Positions 12,803 to 27,298 of a stretch of 64,000 bases of DNA are shown one piece after another. Both the position numbers and the translations under genes were made by a program. The stretch lies in assembly GCF_009914755.1 (NCBI RefSeq), contig NC_060933.1. The stretch is one strand, 5' to 3'. Under the pieces are notes generated by a model that saw only the letters and a program-made list of their open reading frames with translations, searched no databases and was not told the origin of the DNA. The stretch comes from the human T2T-CHM13v2.0 reference genome, Homo sapiens. Numbering within the stretch: position 1 is the first letter of the stretch; every line of letters begins with the position of its first letter.

Positions 12803-13519
12803 TATGACTACCTTTAAAGGATGTTTTTGAAATTCATTTTATTGACTAGGGATCTTATTTAAATCCGTAGTTTTAAAGCAATTATTCTGTGTTTTTTTTA
12901 TGGACAGCCTTTTCTTTTAAAAGAAGATGAAGTTGTCATTGTGTTGTTCTAGAGGTATTTGGGTTTGTGGTTTAAGTATACAAGGGATCCTCTTGATATC
13001 ATAATCTCGTAAAGGTTATTGTCTGTTCCCAAAGATGTTCAAATAGAATGGTTGGCAGCCTTTCAGCAGTGTTCAGGCCAGTTATCATTTATTCATTCTC
13101 CGGTAGGAAGAGGTGGTGAGGAGAGCAAGGGAAAGTACATTGGCACAGCTTCTCTTTCAAACCCTGTCTGTTGCAACAACAAACATGAGGTAGAGATTTC
13201 TGTAGGTAGGACACAAAATGTGTTAACCTTAAAATAAAAATATTGAAAACTTGAGCCAGGCTGTGCAAGGCTTTCTGCATATAAAGATTTATGAGACATT
13301 TTTGGCCTTCTAGGAGCTCACAGTCTGGTAGGGGAAACATGGTGTTAAGTACACTAAATGTATTTAAAATTTAGAAATGTTCGGGGGAGAGATAGAAGAC
13401 ACATCAACAGAATATTTCAAACCTTAAGCAGCATCCTCAGGTTGCAGAGAGACAGATTAGGAACTGGAGGAAAGAGGCTCAATAGCTCACCTGTATGTTT
13501 CTTTTTTCTTTATACATTC

Positions 13520-14130
13520 TGTGATATTGAGATATAATTCATAAATATACAATTCACCTATCTATAGTGCATAATTTAGTGACTTTTTGAATAGAGTTTT
13601 GAAAAGCTTACTAAAATCAATTTTAGAACATTTTCATTACCTCAGAATGAAACCCACATCCCTTAAGCATTGAACCCCAATCCTCCCATACCTCCCTGCT
13701 TTAGGGAACCAGCAATCTACTTTCCGTCTGCATAGATATACCTATTCTGGACACTTCATATGGAGTCATACAATATATTGCCCTTTGTGTTTGGTTTTTC
13801 AATTGGCATAATGTTTTCAAGGTTCATTCTTGTGGCAACATGTATCAATACTTTTTATAGTGTCTTTTTAGGGTTGAGTAATACTGTGTTGTATGGCTGT
13901 ATCAGTTGATGAACATTTGGCTTTTTTCCATTTTTTTGGCTATAATGAATAATGGTGCTATGAGCCTTCATGTACAAGCTTTCATGTCAACGTATGAGTT
14001 TCATCCTTTTTTTGGTGTATATCTAAGAGTGGAATTGCTGGATCATATGATAATTCTATGCTTAACTGTTTTGAGGAATGCCATACTGTTTTCCAGAGTA
14101 GCAGTTCTGTTTTACATTCTCTCCAACATG
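13520..14130 (-). mobile_element. L1MB-like 3' fragment
   Basis: attgagatataattcata...ttttcaaggttcatt. Confidence 0.75.
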
Positions 14131-14214
14131 TACTTTTCTTCTGTTCTCCCCAAATAAGTCAGATTCTCCTGGATAGATGTTACCACTGAAGCATTTTAGC
14201 TGTTACCTTCATTC

Positions 14215-15085
14215 TTTTTTTTTAATTTTTAATTTTTGTGGGTATATAGTAAGTATATATATTTATGAGGGTGCATGAGATGTTTTGATACAGGCACGCA
14301 ACATGAAATAAGTACATCATGGAGAATGGAGTACTCATCCTTTCGAGTATTTATCCTTTGAGTTACAAACAATCTAATTACACTCTTTAAGTTATTTTAA
14401 AATGTACAATTGAGTTATTATTGACTGTAGTCACTCAATTGTGCTATAAAATTCTTAATCTTATTAATTCTCTTTTTTCTTTTTGTACCCACTAACCATC
14501 CCTGCCTCCCTACCAGTCCTCCACTACCCTTCCCATCTTTCTGTGTCTGGCTTATTTCACTTAGCATAATGCCCTCTAGTTTCATCCATGGTGTGGCAAA
14601 TGACAGGACCTCCATTTTTAAGGCTGAATAATATTCCATTGTTAATATGTATTACGTTTTCTTTATCCATTCATCAGTGGACACTTAGGTTGTTTCCATA
14701 TTTGAGCTATTGTGAATAATGCTTTAATAAACATGAGAGTGCAGATATCTTTGTAAGGCTGTGATATCTTTATGAGGTAGTGACTAATAAACGTGGGAAT
14801 GCAAATGTCTTTACAAAGTTGCATATACTACTTTGTGTATATACCCAGAAGAGGGATTGCTAGGTCATATGGTAGTTTTATTTTTAGTTTCTTTAAGAAC
14901 CTCTATACTGTTTTCTGTAATAGCTGTACCAATCTGCATTCCCACCAATAGTGTAATAGGGTTCCCTTTTTCCATCAACATTCTATATCTCTTATGTTTC
15001 TGATAATAGTCATCCTAAAGGGTGTGAGGTGATATCTCATAGTGGTTTTAATTTGAATTTCCCTCATGATTAGTGATGTTGAGCA
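14215..15085 (-). mobile_element. L1MA-like 3' fragment
   Basis: ORF-track peptide MEYYSALK..LSFATPWMKLEGIMLSEISQ. Confidence 0.8.
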
Positions 15086-15924
15086 ATAGGTATCATTTTT
15101 CAAGAGTTACCAATAGCAGTCCTGAATGGTTTAATGTTTATTATAATAAGGATGTTTGTCCTGGTATAAAAGCCACTAACATTTATATAAATAAAAGTTT
15201 GAAAACTTATGGCTTATTTTCTTTGATTATTATAGGATTAATATTTTTCAAATTGATTCCAATATTAACTAAAGATAAACATACTAATATCTACTTTCTC
15301 TTGATAAGACAGGAAGATCTCGCAGTACCTGGCTTGCTTTTTCACATGGCAGCGACCACTTGGTGCTAAGTAGCAGTTAGAAGCTTCCTTTAGATGAGTG
15401 TGCTTTCTAATTTGGTGCACTTCTCTAGGCTTATAGATTTACATCATCTGCCTGACCCAAGTAGTCCTTCGAAGTGTGTCCTTTATTTTAGCATTGCAAG
15501 TAACTTCATATGTGATCTCAATTTGTCTCTGTAACAACTCTCTCTTCAACTTCACAAACTGCTCTTCAAAAAAGTTATATGATTGACTAGTAAACACATA
15601 GAAAAATGTCAGCATCACTGGTCATTGGGAAATGTGCACACCACTGGAATCACTAAAATTAAAAAGACTGACAATACTAAATATTGGAGAATATATGAAG
15701 TAACTGGATATCTCATATATTGTAAATGTACAACTACTGTGGAAAAGCATTATGCAGTTTCTTATAAATATGAACATAATTCTACCTGATGATCCAGCAA
15801 TTCCACTTCTAGATACTTACCCAAGTAAACAAAAACATGTTCAGGTAAAAGACTTGTACGGAATGTTCATTTCAGCTTTGTTAAGGATAGCATATTTGAA
15901 AAAAACAACTTGATGTTCTTTATT

Positions 15925-16295
15925 CAGGAATACTGTGCAGTCATAAAAAAGAACAACATCATGTCCATTGCAGGGACATGGATGGAACTGGATGCCCTTA
16001 TCCTCAGTAAACTAACACGGGAACAGAAAACCAAACACCGCATGTTGTCACTTATAAGTGGGAGCTGAACGATGAGAACATATGGACACACAGAGGGGAA
16101 CAACACACACTGGGGTCTGTTGTGGGGGAGGGGGAGGGAGAGCATCTGAGAAGAATAGCTAATGTGTGTTGGGCTTAATACCTAGGTGATGGGTTGATCT
16201 GTGGAGCAAGCATCGCACACGTTTACTTACGTAGCAAACCTGTACATCCTACACATGTACCTTGGAACTTAAAAGTTGGAAAAAAGAAAAGAAAA
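15925..16295 (+). mobile_element. L1PA 3' end nested in an older sense L1 fragment (about 15570-16590)
   Basis: cagggacatggatggaactgg...cacatgtaccttggaacttaaaag followed by an A tail. Confidence 0.85.
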
Positions 16296-16592
16296 CAACT
16301 CGAATAACCATTATCTGGTCAATGGGTAAACAAATCGTTGTGTATTTGTATAATAGAATACTAGTAGCAGTGAAAAGGAATGGACCACTGCTACTTGCAA
16401 CAACACAGATATATCTTGAAAACATGTTCAGTGAAAGAAGCCACATACCACGCGATTCCTTCCTTATGAACTTCAGGAACAGGCAAAACTAATCTATGTG
16501 TGTAGAAATCAGAGTAGTGGTAGTCTTGGGGTGGGAGTAGGGAGATAGACCAGAAAGGGACAGGAGGAAATTTTCTGGACTGTGGTTTATAT

Positions 16593-16882
16593 TTGCACCA
16601 TCCAGTATAATAGCTGTTAGCCACATATGGCTAGTGATCACTTGAACTATGGCTAATCCCAATTGTGATGTGCTATATATACAAACTATATAACATTAGT
16701 ATGAAAAAGTAAAATATCTTATTGATAATGTTTTAAAAATTGATTTCATATTGAAGTGAGAATTTTTGGATGTATTGTGTCAAATAAAATATATTTAAAA
16801 TAATTTTACCTTTTTTACTTTTCAGATGTAGTTACTAGAAAATTTAAAAGGATACATGTGGCTCACATTGTATTTCCTTGGT
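16593..16882 (-). mobile_element. MER33 (hAT-Charlie DNA transposon)
   Basis: tagccacatatggct...cacttgaa...tactagaaaatttaaaa...catgtggctcacatt. Confidence 0.75.
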
Positions 16883-19800
16883 CTCTATTTTAATTGAGGT
16901 GGTAATTATACCTTTATACCTGTATTTACATACTTTGTCAGAATTTATCAAACTGTACAATTAAGATCTGTTCTTTTTACAGTATGTTATTCTACTTCAG
17001 TAAATCAAAAGTATAAAAGCTACCTTTTTTTCATGCCATGTACAATGTTTGGTGTTTGGTGTGCATTACGTCCTGTATTAAACTTCATAATAATCTTGTA
17101 ATGTAGGTGATATTTACTAATGGGTTTAGAAAGTCTAAGTAACATACCCAAATTAACTTGGAAATGTGTTGTAACATGGAGATTTGGAGATATTCTTTCA
17201 TTTGACTATAATTCTTATGGTTTTGCAGTTGTATCATGTTGCCTTATTAATTGTGATAAAAGTGTGAGTGTAGTTTAGGAACAATTTAAATTTTACTATC
17301 AGCCATTGACTGATTTCTCAACCTGTGCTCCATGTTGTGGTGAATGAGTCATAATATTTCTGAAAGGTAATTCTCTAACTGGGTAAGAATCAAGTAACAT
17401 TGCTACTGATGTTTCAAGGAGAAAAAGAATGTTCAGTCTAAACAAATTGTCCAGGGTTGGAGAAGAAATACAGGATGTGCCGAAATTAAAATCAATACAT
17501 TGTTCTGAAAGAGAGAGATTAACTTTTAACATTTTGTCTCCCAAAGTCTTGAGATGGGAATGTGAGGCAGTGCCACTCCTGTGTTTTCCTAATCAGCTGT
17601 GAGTCTGTTGTAGCAAAAATTAATAGGCGTTGCAAGATCATGAAGAAAAGCTCTTTCATCTTGCCCAGCTCCAAGAGGGTGCTATATTTTCAAAGCCAAG
17701 CATTGTATGATTGAGCAATAGATAAGGAGGAGGGGCGGCCTTTCCTGGGGATTCTTGACCGCTAGAAGAGTTCATTTCAGGCCATTTGTCACAGCAGTGA
17801 TTTCCCCGGAAATACCCTGTGCCAAGGTTATGTTTTGGCTATTCTATCCCCTTTTATTTATTTACTTTCTGAAATCATGGTGGAAGATAGTTGTCCCTGC
17901 CCTCTCTCATCATCCTAACCCTTTGTCTAGGGGCTCCTTTGGAGCACTATGGGGTGGGAATGATTTTCAATGGGACTCAGCAGGTTTGCAAGGTTTTAGG
18001 GAGTTAGTGTGGTATAAAAATGGCCAATAGAAATCCTGCATTTTGTTTAAGCATTTTTTAGCGTGGTAAATATAATTTAATATGGAAATGTGATCCATTG
18101 TCTGATGGCAGGTTTTCTCAGCTGTGTACAGTAAGGCTTCTGTCGCCTACTGTGGATTCAGTATTTATTACACTCTGGAACCTCTTTTGTTGTTCTTATG
18201 TTTTGTTTGTGGGACTTTTAAAGGTGGATTGCCTGTCTAACCTTGCAGAAGAGTTTATTAAATTTAATTTGCTATGCATTAGAGAATGAATTTGTTGGTC
18301 TTTTTGAACAGCGCTCTATGTTATTTGTAGTTGGGGCATGTTTTTTTGATGCCTTCAGTTCTTCCTGGGCATGAAAACTCTTTTTGTACATTTGTTGAAT
18401 CTATTTCCATGCTGAGCTTTTTATATACTACACAATGACTCTTTGCAGTCGAAAGTTGTAGTTTGGCCTTATTTTTAACTTTAAAAGGACAGCAGGAACT
18501 TACCTTTTATTAACATTCACTTTGTCACCCTGCAAGTAGATTTTTAAGTATGGTTTTTCATTATCAAAATGAAATTTTAACTGACTGTGTTATTTTTTTT
18601 AATAGAATACCATTCAGTACACATAAGTCATATATGAAACGGGTAGGGAATTAAAAAATGAAAGGTTTGTTGCTTAAAAAGAAAACAATTATGTTGACTG
18701 CTCTTTAATTGATTGTTTTATTAAGAAAAATTTGGAGATCATGGAAAGTTGAATGCTATATCCCAACTTATAATGGGAAAATTTTAAATGGAGGCCTTAA
18801 TATTTTACCACTTAAAATTTTTGCTTCTATCCTCCAGTCCCCTTTTCTCTGCTCTCTGCCCTTTAGTATTCCCAGATTTGTTATCATCATTTAAGACACT
18901 TTACTCTGAAAATTTACAATCTCAACTTTCGAAGTTACTACATTTAGGATCTCCATTGCCCCCGTGCTTTATTTTTATCCATTTTGGGGGTTTATTTTGT
19001 GTCTCAAGGCTTTTTGTATGAAAAGTTCTCTCACTTGAATCAAAATCATGGTCTCTGAGGATTATTAGCTGACATGAGTAGTCTGTGACCAAACCTGAAG
19101 GCTGTTCAGGGTGTCCAGCCGTGAGTTTCCGGCTCTCAGTCACAAACCGAGGGCATTCTTTAAAAGATCAAACAAGCTGGACACTGGGAGGGTTTTAATG
19201 ATGCCAGTTAACATCAGAGGAGCTGGGCTCAGTGGTTGCAAATTGTGCTCATCTGAATAAATGCCACTGAGCTGGAAATAATGACATGACTAAAATGATG
19301 GTAATTGTGTGCTGTTCTACCATTCCAGTGAATAAAATATACTGGTTTAAGCTTATATAATGGGTAGGGTTTTTTTTTGGGAGGGGGGTTGGTAAATGGG
19401 GACAGGGAGTGTAGAGACAGAGTCACTGAAGTAGGGCAGTAGACAAAATGACGTTAATGTTTTGAAAAGGTTTTGGAATTTGAAATCTGATTGGAAGCAT
19501 TATGTTTGTACAAGAATTATTATATCTGTTTTTAAAAGTATTTTATTCAGCATGTACTCTCAAATGATCTAGAATTAAACTTTTATAAACAATGGTGTTA
19601 TTTGTTGGGCTTAAACTCGTTTCTGTGCTATGTAAACATGTCCATAAGAACAAGACCATCCCACCTTCTCCATGCGTAGGATAAAATAACTAAGAGACTC
19701 ATTTCTAAAAACTCTAGTGATACCAAATTAGACTTAACCTTGATTATATGAATAAAATAACATATACTGAAATTGTTAATGAAAGAAGTTAACTTGCTTA

Positions 19801-21034
19801 AAGGAAATTTGGAATTAAGACAGCGAGACTGGTAAGTCTTTTCATAGTTATATAATTTATCAGAAAGCCTCACTAGCATGCATATAAGCCCAGAAATTGT
19901 ATTTAAACAATGCAATGTATACCTTTTCTTTTAAAGGTGTTTATTTTTAAGTTTAGAAACGTTATAGTTGAAGGAATAGGATTTCTTAGAGTTTGTGGTC
20001 TGTACTATTAGTTGGAGGTCATTCTAAAGCCTTTTTCATGTTTTGAGTATACATTAGTTATCTTTTGTGATTTAGATGACATTATACCACATAGGTCTTT
20101 TTTTTTTTAATTTTGAGCTTTATTAAAAGCTGGGCTTATTTCTTTTCACAATAGCCTGGTGGAATGTATTATGCCTTAGGTTCTAAATTCAGCAGTAATG
20201 AGTAAGATGTTCTCTGGGGGAGAACATTCTTTTTGCTTCAGAGCCATGGCACACTGCCTCTACTTATGTAAATTGTCATTTGAGCAATTTACTTGCTTAA
20301 ACAATTTACGAGGTCATATGACTTTGATCTGAAATGGTAGAATAACAGGTCAAACAAAGTGATGTCATTGACCTTATTTCATTTATGCTACACTTGTAAC
20401 CTCAATAGGAGTGCATTTCCTTCTATTCCACTTGTTTGGCTCAGGTACTCTATCCATGTTATGGACTTCATAGAAAAGTGATTGGCAGTGACTTCTACTA
20501 TGTAGAGTAGGATCTCCAAAGTTTATAGATAGCTTAGGCTACTGAATCCAAATCTCTAGAGATAAAGCTTAGACTGTTTATTATTTGAGTTCCCCATGAC
20601 TTTGATGTTTAGTGAAGTTTGGGACCATTCTTAAGAACACCAGTATCTAAAGTGATTTATGTATAAGCCTGCCCATGGGGTATGGAAAGAAAATATTAGA
20701 GTATTTCTTATTTATCTTTTATCTTTAAAAGATAAATTAAGCTTTACTAATATTTAACGTATGGATTGGTGGTTTCCTTACTTGCACTTACACCAGAGGA
20801 TCATGTGTTATGTACAGTAGCCAGGTATTCTGAAGGAAGAATGGAGAGTTCCACAATAAAGATTGGTTGTAGCACCATCTCTCTGTTAGAATACAGCATT
20901 CCCTAGGAGTTTATGCATACCAGTTATATGAATTTATGTTGTGTGCCTATATAGGGGTGTGTGTGTGTGTTTGTGAGTATGTGTGTTTCCATCATTTTGT
21001 TAGCCATGCTTATTCCAGGTGTGGATTGTTATAA

Positions 21035-21387
<353 letters not shown>

Positions 21388-21474
21388 GAATTTCTGTATT
21401 CTTTATGGTTATGCTTAAGCACAACTCCACACAAAAATTACTTTCCCTTTTTTTTGAACTATGCAATCACTTAA

Positions 21475-24400
21475 TTTTTTTTTATTTTTAATGTTTATGG
21501 GTACATAAGTGTATATAGTTAAGGGGTACACGAGATATTTTGACACAGGCATACGATGTCTAATAATCACATCAAGGTTAATGGAGGTATCCATCACTTC
21601 AAGCATTTATCATTTCTTTGTGTTATGAACATTCCATACCTGGCCCTGATTTGACTTTTTTATATGCTAAGAGATAAGGGTCAAGTTTCATTTTTCTGCA
21701 TATGATTATCCAGCTTTCTCAGCACTATTTATTGAGGTGACTATCCTTTCCCCAGTGTATGTTCTTGGCATCTTTGTCAAAAATTAGTTCACTCTAGATG
21801 TATGGATTTATGTCTGGCTACTCTATTCTGTTCCGTTGGTCTATGTGTCTGTTTTTATGCCAGTAGCATGCTGTTTTGGTTACTATAGCTTTGTAATGTT
21901 ATTTGAAGTCAGTAATGTGATTCCTCCAGTTTTGTTGTTTTTGCTCGGGATGGTTTTGGCTATTCTGGGTCTTTCATGGTTCCATATAAATTTTAGGATT
22001 ATATTTCCTGTTTATGTGAAGAATGTCTTTGTTATTTTGATAGGGATTGCAATAAATTTATAGATTTCTTTAAATAATGTGGACATTTTAACAATATTGA
22101 TTCTTCCAATTTATGAACATGGAATATCTTTCTATTTATTTTTGTGTGTGTCCTCTTCAGTTTCTCTCATCAATGTTTTATAGCATTCATTGTAGATCTC
22201 TTTTACTTCTTTGGTTAAGTTTATATTTAGGTATTTTATTTTATGTAGAGGTATATCATTTTATTTTATTTTATTTTATTTTATTTTATGTAGAGATCTT
22301 TTACTTCTTTGGTTAAGTTTATACTTAGGTATTTTATTTTATTATTATAAGTATTTTAAGTGGAATTACTTTGTTTTTTTCATATTATTTACTGTTTGCC
22401 TGTAGAAATGCCACTGATTTTTTAATGTTTTTTTTTTTAATTCTTTAACTTTCCTGAATTTGAAGTCTTTAGGTTTTTTTCCAATATAAGATTATATCAA
22501 CTGCAAAATAAGGTAATTTGACTTCTTCAATTTGGATGCCCTTTCTTTCTCTTGTCTAATTGCTCTAGCTAGGACTTCAGTTCTATGTTGAATAACACTA
22601 GTGAAAATGGGCATCCTTAGTCTTGTTCTAGATTGTAGAGGGAAGAATTTCAGCTTTCCCTCATTTAATGTAATACTAGCTGTGGGTCTGTCTTACGTGG
22701 CTTTTATTATGTTGATGTATGTTCCTTCTATACCCAGTTTTTTTAGAGTTTTTATCATGAAGGGATGTTAATGTTGAATTGTACTGAATACTTTTCCAGC
22801 ATCAACTGAAATGATTATATGATTTTGGTGCTTTATTCTATTGATACGATATGTCATATTGAATTGCATATGTTGAACCATCTGTGCATTCCTGGAATAA
22901 ATACCACTTAGGATGAATGATCTTTTTAATATGTTGTTGAATTTGGTTTGCTATTATTTTACTGAGGATTTTTGCATCAGTGTTCATCAGGGATATTGGC
23001 CTGTAATTTTCTTTTTTTAAGAAAATTGTTTATCTTTTCTGATTTTGGTATCAGTGTGATACTGGCCTTGTAGAATGAGTTTGAAAGTACTTCTGTGTCC
23101 CCTATTTTTTGTAATAGTTTAAGTAGGATTGATTTTAGTTCTTCTATAAATGTTTAGTTCTTCTATAAATGTCTTTTGATTGCAGAGTTTAGGCCATTTA
23201 CATCAGTGAAGCCATCAGTTTCTGGGCTTTTTTTTTTGATGGAAGACTTTATTTTGGCATTGCTCTCCTTACTTTTTATGGGTCCATTCAGGTTTTGGAT
23301 TTCTTCCTAGTTCGGTCTTGTTGGTATGTGTCTAAGAATTTATTAGTTTCATCTAAGTTTTTCAATTTATTGTCATATAGTTGCTCATTGGTAGCCTCTA
23401 CTGATACTTTGAATTTCTGCAGTATTAGTTGTAATATCTCCTTATTCATCCCTGATTTTATTTGGGCCTTCTTTTTCTTTTTTTAATTAGTCTGGCTAAA
23501 GATTTGTCAGTTTTGTTTATCTTTTCAATAAAACAACTTTTCATTTTCATCTTTTGTATTGTTTTCTTGACTTCAATTTTATTTATTTCCCCTTTCATCT
23601 TTGTTATTTCTTTTCTTCTAATTTTGGGTTTGATTTGCTCTTGCTTTTCTAGTTCTTTGATGTGTGTCATTAACCTGTTTATTTGATGTTTTTCTACTTT
23701 ATTGATGTAGGTGCTTACTACTATTGACTTCTATCTTAGTAGTGCTTTTGCTGTATCCCATAGGTTTTGGTATCTTGTTTTCCCATTTTTATTTGTTTCA
23801 AGAAATTTAAAAATTTCCTTCTTAGTTTCTTTATTGACCCCACTGGTCATTTACGAGCATATTGTTTAATTTCTATGTGTTTGTATAGTTTCCAAAGTTA
23901 TTCTTGTTATTGATTTCTAGTTTTATTCCATTGTGGTCAGAAAAGATACTTTACATGATTTTTTTTTTCAATTTTACAATACTATTTGTGGCCTAACCTT
24001 TGGTCTATCCATGAAAATGATCTCTGTGCTTAGGAGAAGAATGTGTATTTCTGCAGCTGTTGGATGAAATGCAGTGTAAGTGTCTATTAGGTCTATTTGT
24101 TCTGTACTGCTTATTACTTTTTTTGTTGACTTTCTGTCTGGATAATTGGTCTAATGCTGAAGGTGGGGTGTTGATGTCTGCAGCTATTATTGTCTTGGGG
24201 TCTGTTTCTCACTTTAGCTTTAATAATATCTGCCTTTATATCTGGGTATGCCAGTGTTGGGTACATATATATGTATAGTTTTTTTATCCTCATGCTGCAT
24301 TAACCCCTTTATCATTATATCCTGACCTTATCCTTTTTACAGACTTTGTCTTGAAATGTTTTGTCATTGCTCCTGCTCTTTTTTGGTTTCCATTGGCATG

Positions 24401-25560
24401 TACTATCTTTTCCATCCCCTTTATTTCAGTCTATGTCTGACTCTATAGGTTAAGTATGTTTCTTGTAGACAGCAAACAGTTGAATGTTGTTTCTTCAGTC
24501 TATTCAGCCACTGTCTTTTGATTGCAGAGTTTAGGCCACTTACATTCAATGTGATTATTGATAAGTAAGGGCTTATTACTGCCATTTTATTCATTGTTTT
24601 CTGGTTGTTTTGTGGTCTTCTCTACCATACATCCTTCCTGTCTTCTTCTTTGTGAAAGTGATTTTCTCTGGTAATATATTTTAAATTTTTACTTTTTATT
24701 TTTTATATATCTCCTGTGGGTTATTGATTTGAGGTTATCATGAAGCTCGCAAATAACATCTTACAACCCATTATTTTAAACTGATGAGAACCTAACTCTG
24801 TAAAAACAAACAAATCTAATAAAAACTCTACACTTTAACTTCATCCTTTATGCTTTTTATCTTTTTGTTGTTTCTATTTATATCTTATATACTATGTGTT
24901 AAAAAGATGTTGGTATTATTTTTGATAGCTTTATTTTTTAGTTTTTCTACTCAAGATATGAGTAGTGTACATACCAGAATTACAATATTATAATGTTCTG
25001 TATTTGTTTCTGTACTTACTATTAACAGTGAATTTTGTGTCTTCAGATGATTTCCAAATGCTCTCTAACATCCTTTTCTTTCAGATTGAATAACTCCTTT
25101 AGCATTTCTTGTGGGACAGGTTTGATGTTGATGAAATCCCTCTGATTTTGTTTGTCTGGGAAAGTATTTTCTCTTTCGTATTTGAAGGATATTTTTACTG
25201 AATATACTGTTCAAGGATAGAAATTTTTTTGCTTCAGCACTTTAAATATGTCATGCCACTCTCTCCTAGCCTGTAATGTTTCCACAGAGAGTCTGCTGCT
25301 AGACTTATTGGAACGATTTTATATGTTATTTGTTTCTTTTCTCTTGTTGCTTTTAGGATCCTTTAAAAATCCTTAACCTTTAGGAGTTTGATTCTTAAAT
25401 GTCTTGAGGTAGTCTTATTTTGATTAAAGCTGCTTGGTGTTCCATAACCTTTGTGTACTTGAATATTGATATCTTTCTCTAGGTTTGGGAAGTTCTCTGT
25501 TATTATCTCTTTAAAAATCTTTGTATTTTGATCTTTCTTTCTACCTCCTCTAGGATTTTC
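21475..25560 (-). mobile_element. L1MA-type element, about 4 kb (3' end, ORF2 and part of ORF1; internal deletion near 21640)
   Basis: ORF-track fragments KELEKQEQIKPK..RKEITK (ORF2p) and FKEIITENFPNLEKDINIQV (ORF1p). Confidence 0.88.
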
Positions 25561-26129
25561 CTTAGATTTTCCTTCTCTATAGTTCATGTATACAGCATGT
25601 AATGAAATACGCATATATTCTAGTGTGCTACTAGTAGTGGCTGCCACTTAATAAATAAGGGATTGAAGAATAATGGCTTAGAGTTGGAGAGACAGTATTT
25701 AGCCATGGAAAATTTAAGAACCACTTAGGACTGGTTAGGGTTTAGAGTCAGCAGTTACAGAGCAATATTAAAAGAGGGTTTGATTCTAAGTTATGATTCT
25801 AAGTTAGAAATGAAAGACAACCTTGGGCCAGGCAAGTGAACTTGCTTTCTAAGCCAACTCCAGTTCCTTGAAAAGTTAAACATAGAGTTACTATATGACC
25901 CAAAAAGCCCATTTCTAGGAATGTACCCAAGAAAAGTGCAACTATGTAAACTATACACTAAAACCTATGTATGAATATTCATAGCATTATTCATAATGGC
26001 CCTAAAGTAGAAACCACCCAGATGGCCATTTAGCCAACTGACCATTTTTATTTTTATTTAATCATTCATGTTTATTTCTCCACCTAAAATTTGTGTTCCT
26101 ACTGTGCATAAGGCACTTTTAGATGTTAG

Positions 26130-26534
<405 letters not shown>

Positions 26535-27276
26535 TGATGAAATCTACAAAGCAGAGATCGAAGTCACTTTGGGTATTTAGAGGATTTAAACTAATCTGAG
26601 AATATCAGTAAAATTAGTATTATTAGTGAGATATTTTCTAATTGTTAAGTTAATAATGAAGTTAATGTGATGGGTTTATTGAGTGATTTTTGTTTCTCTT
26701 TCGTGAAATTTTCCTATCCCTTAGGTTTGTGTCCTTCTCTTTTTATTTCATGCTTCCTTCTATATTTGACAACTTGACTTACTGTAAATGTTTATTTTCA
26801 TGTTTGTATTTCTGTGAGCTACTTTGGGGGCATAATCCCTTTCCGATTTCTTTCGTAATCTCTAGTCCTAGTCCTTAATAGAGGGCAGAGTTTATTATGA
26901 GACTTCAGTGTCTGCTTCTTTATGAGACATTTTGAGTTGTCCAGGAAATGTCTAATTTCACAATCCCTCCCTCACTGACTCAATCAGTTTCTACTTATTA
27001 GAATATGCATATTGGTTTTTAAAGTATTTTTAATGCATGAGACACATTTGATGCTCAAAAATCAGAAAATATGGATTAGCAGAATTAGAAGCAAAAATTT
27101 ACCCATATGTCACTATCCAGATATAACTCTGATAATAATTTGCCATATATAATTTCATGCATTTTTCTGAACATCTCTGTATGTCTATGGGTATTTTTAG
27201 AAATGAGATTGTACTGAACATATTTAGTAGAACCTGATTCTTCTCCTCTTGATATATTTTATGCATCTTTTCCTCG

Positions 27277-27298
27277 ATATATATATATATATATATAT
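27277..27298. repeat. (AT)11 microsatellite
   Basis: Counted directly. Confidence 0.9.
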
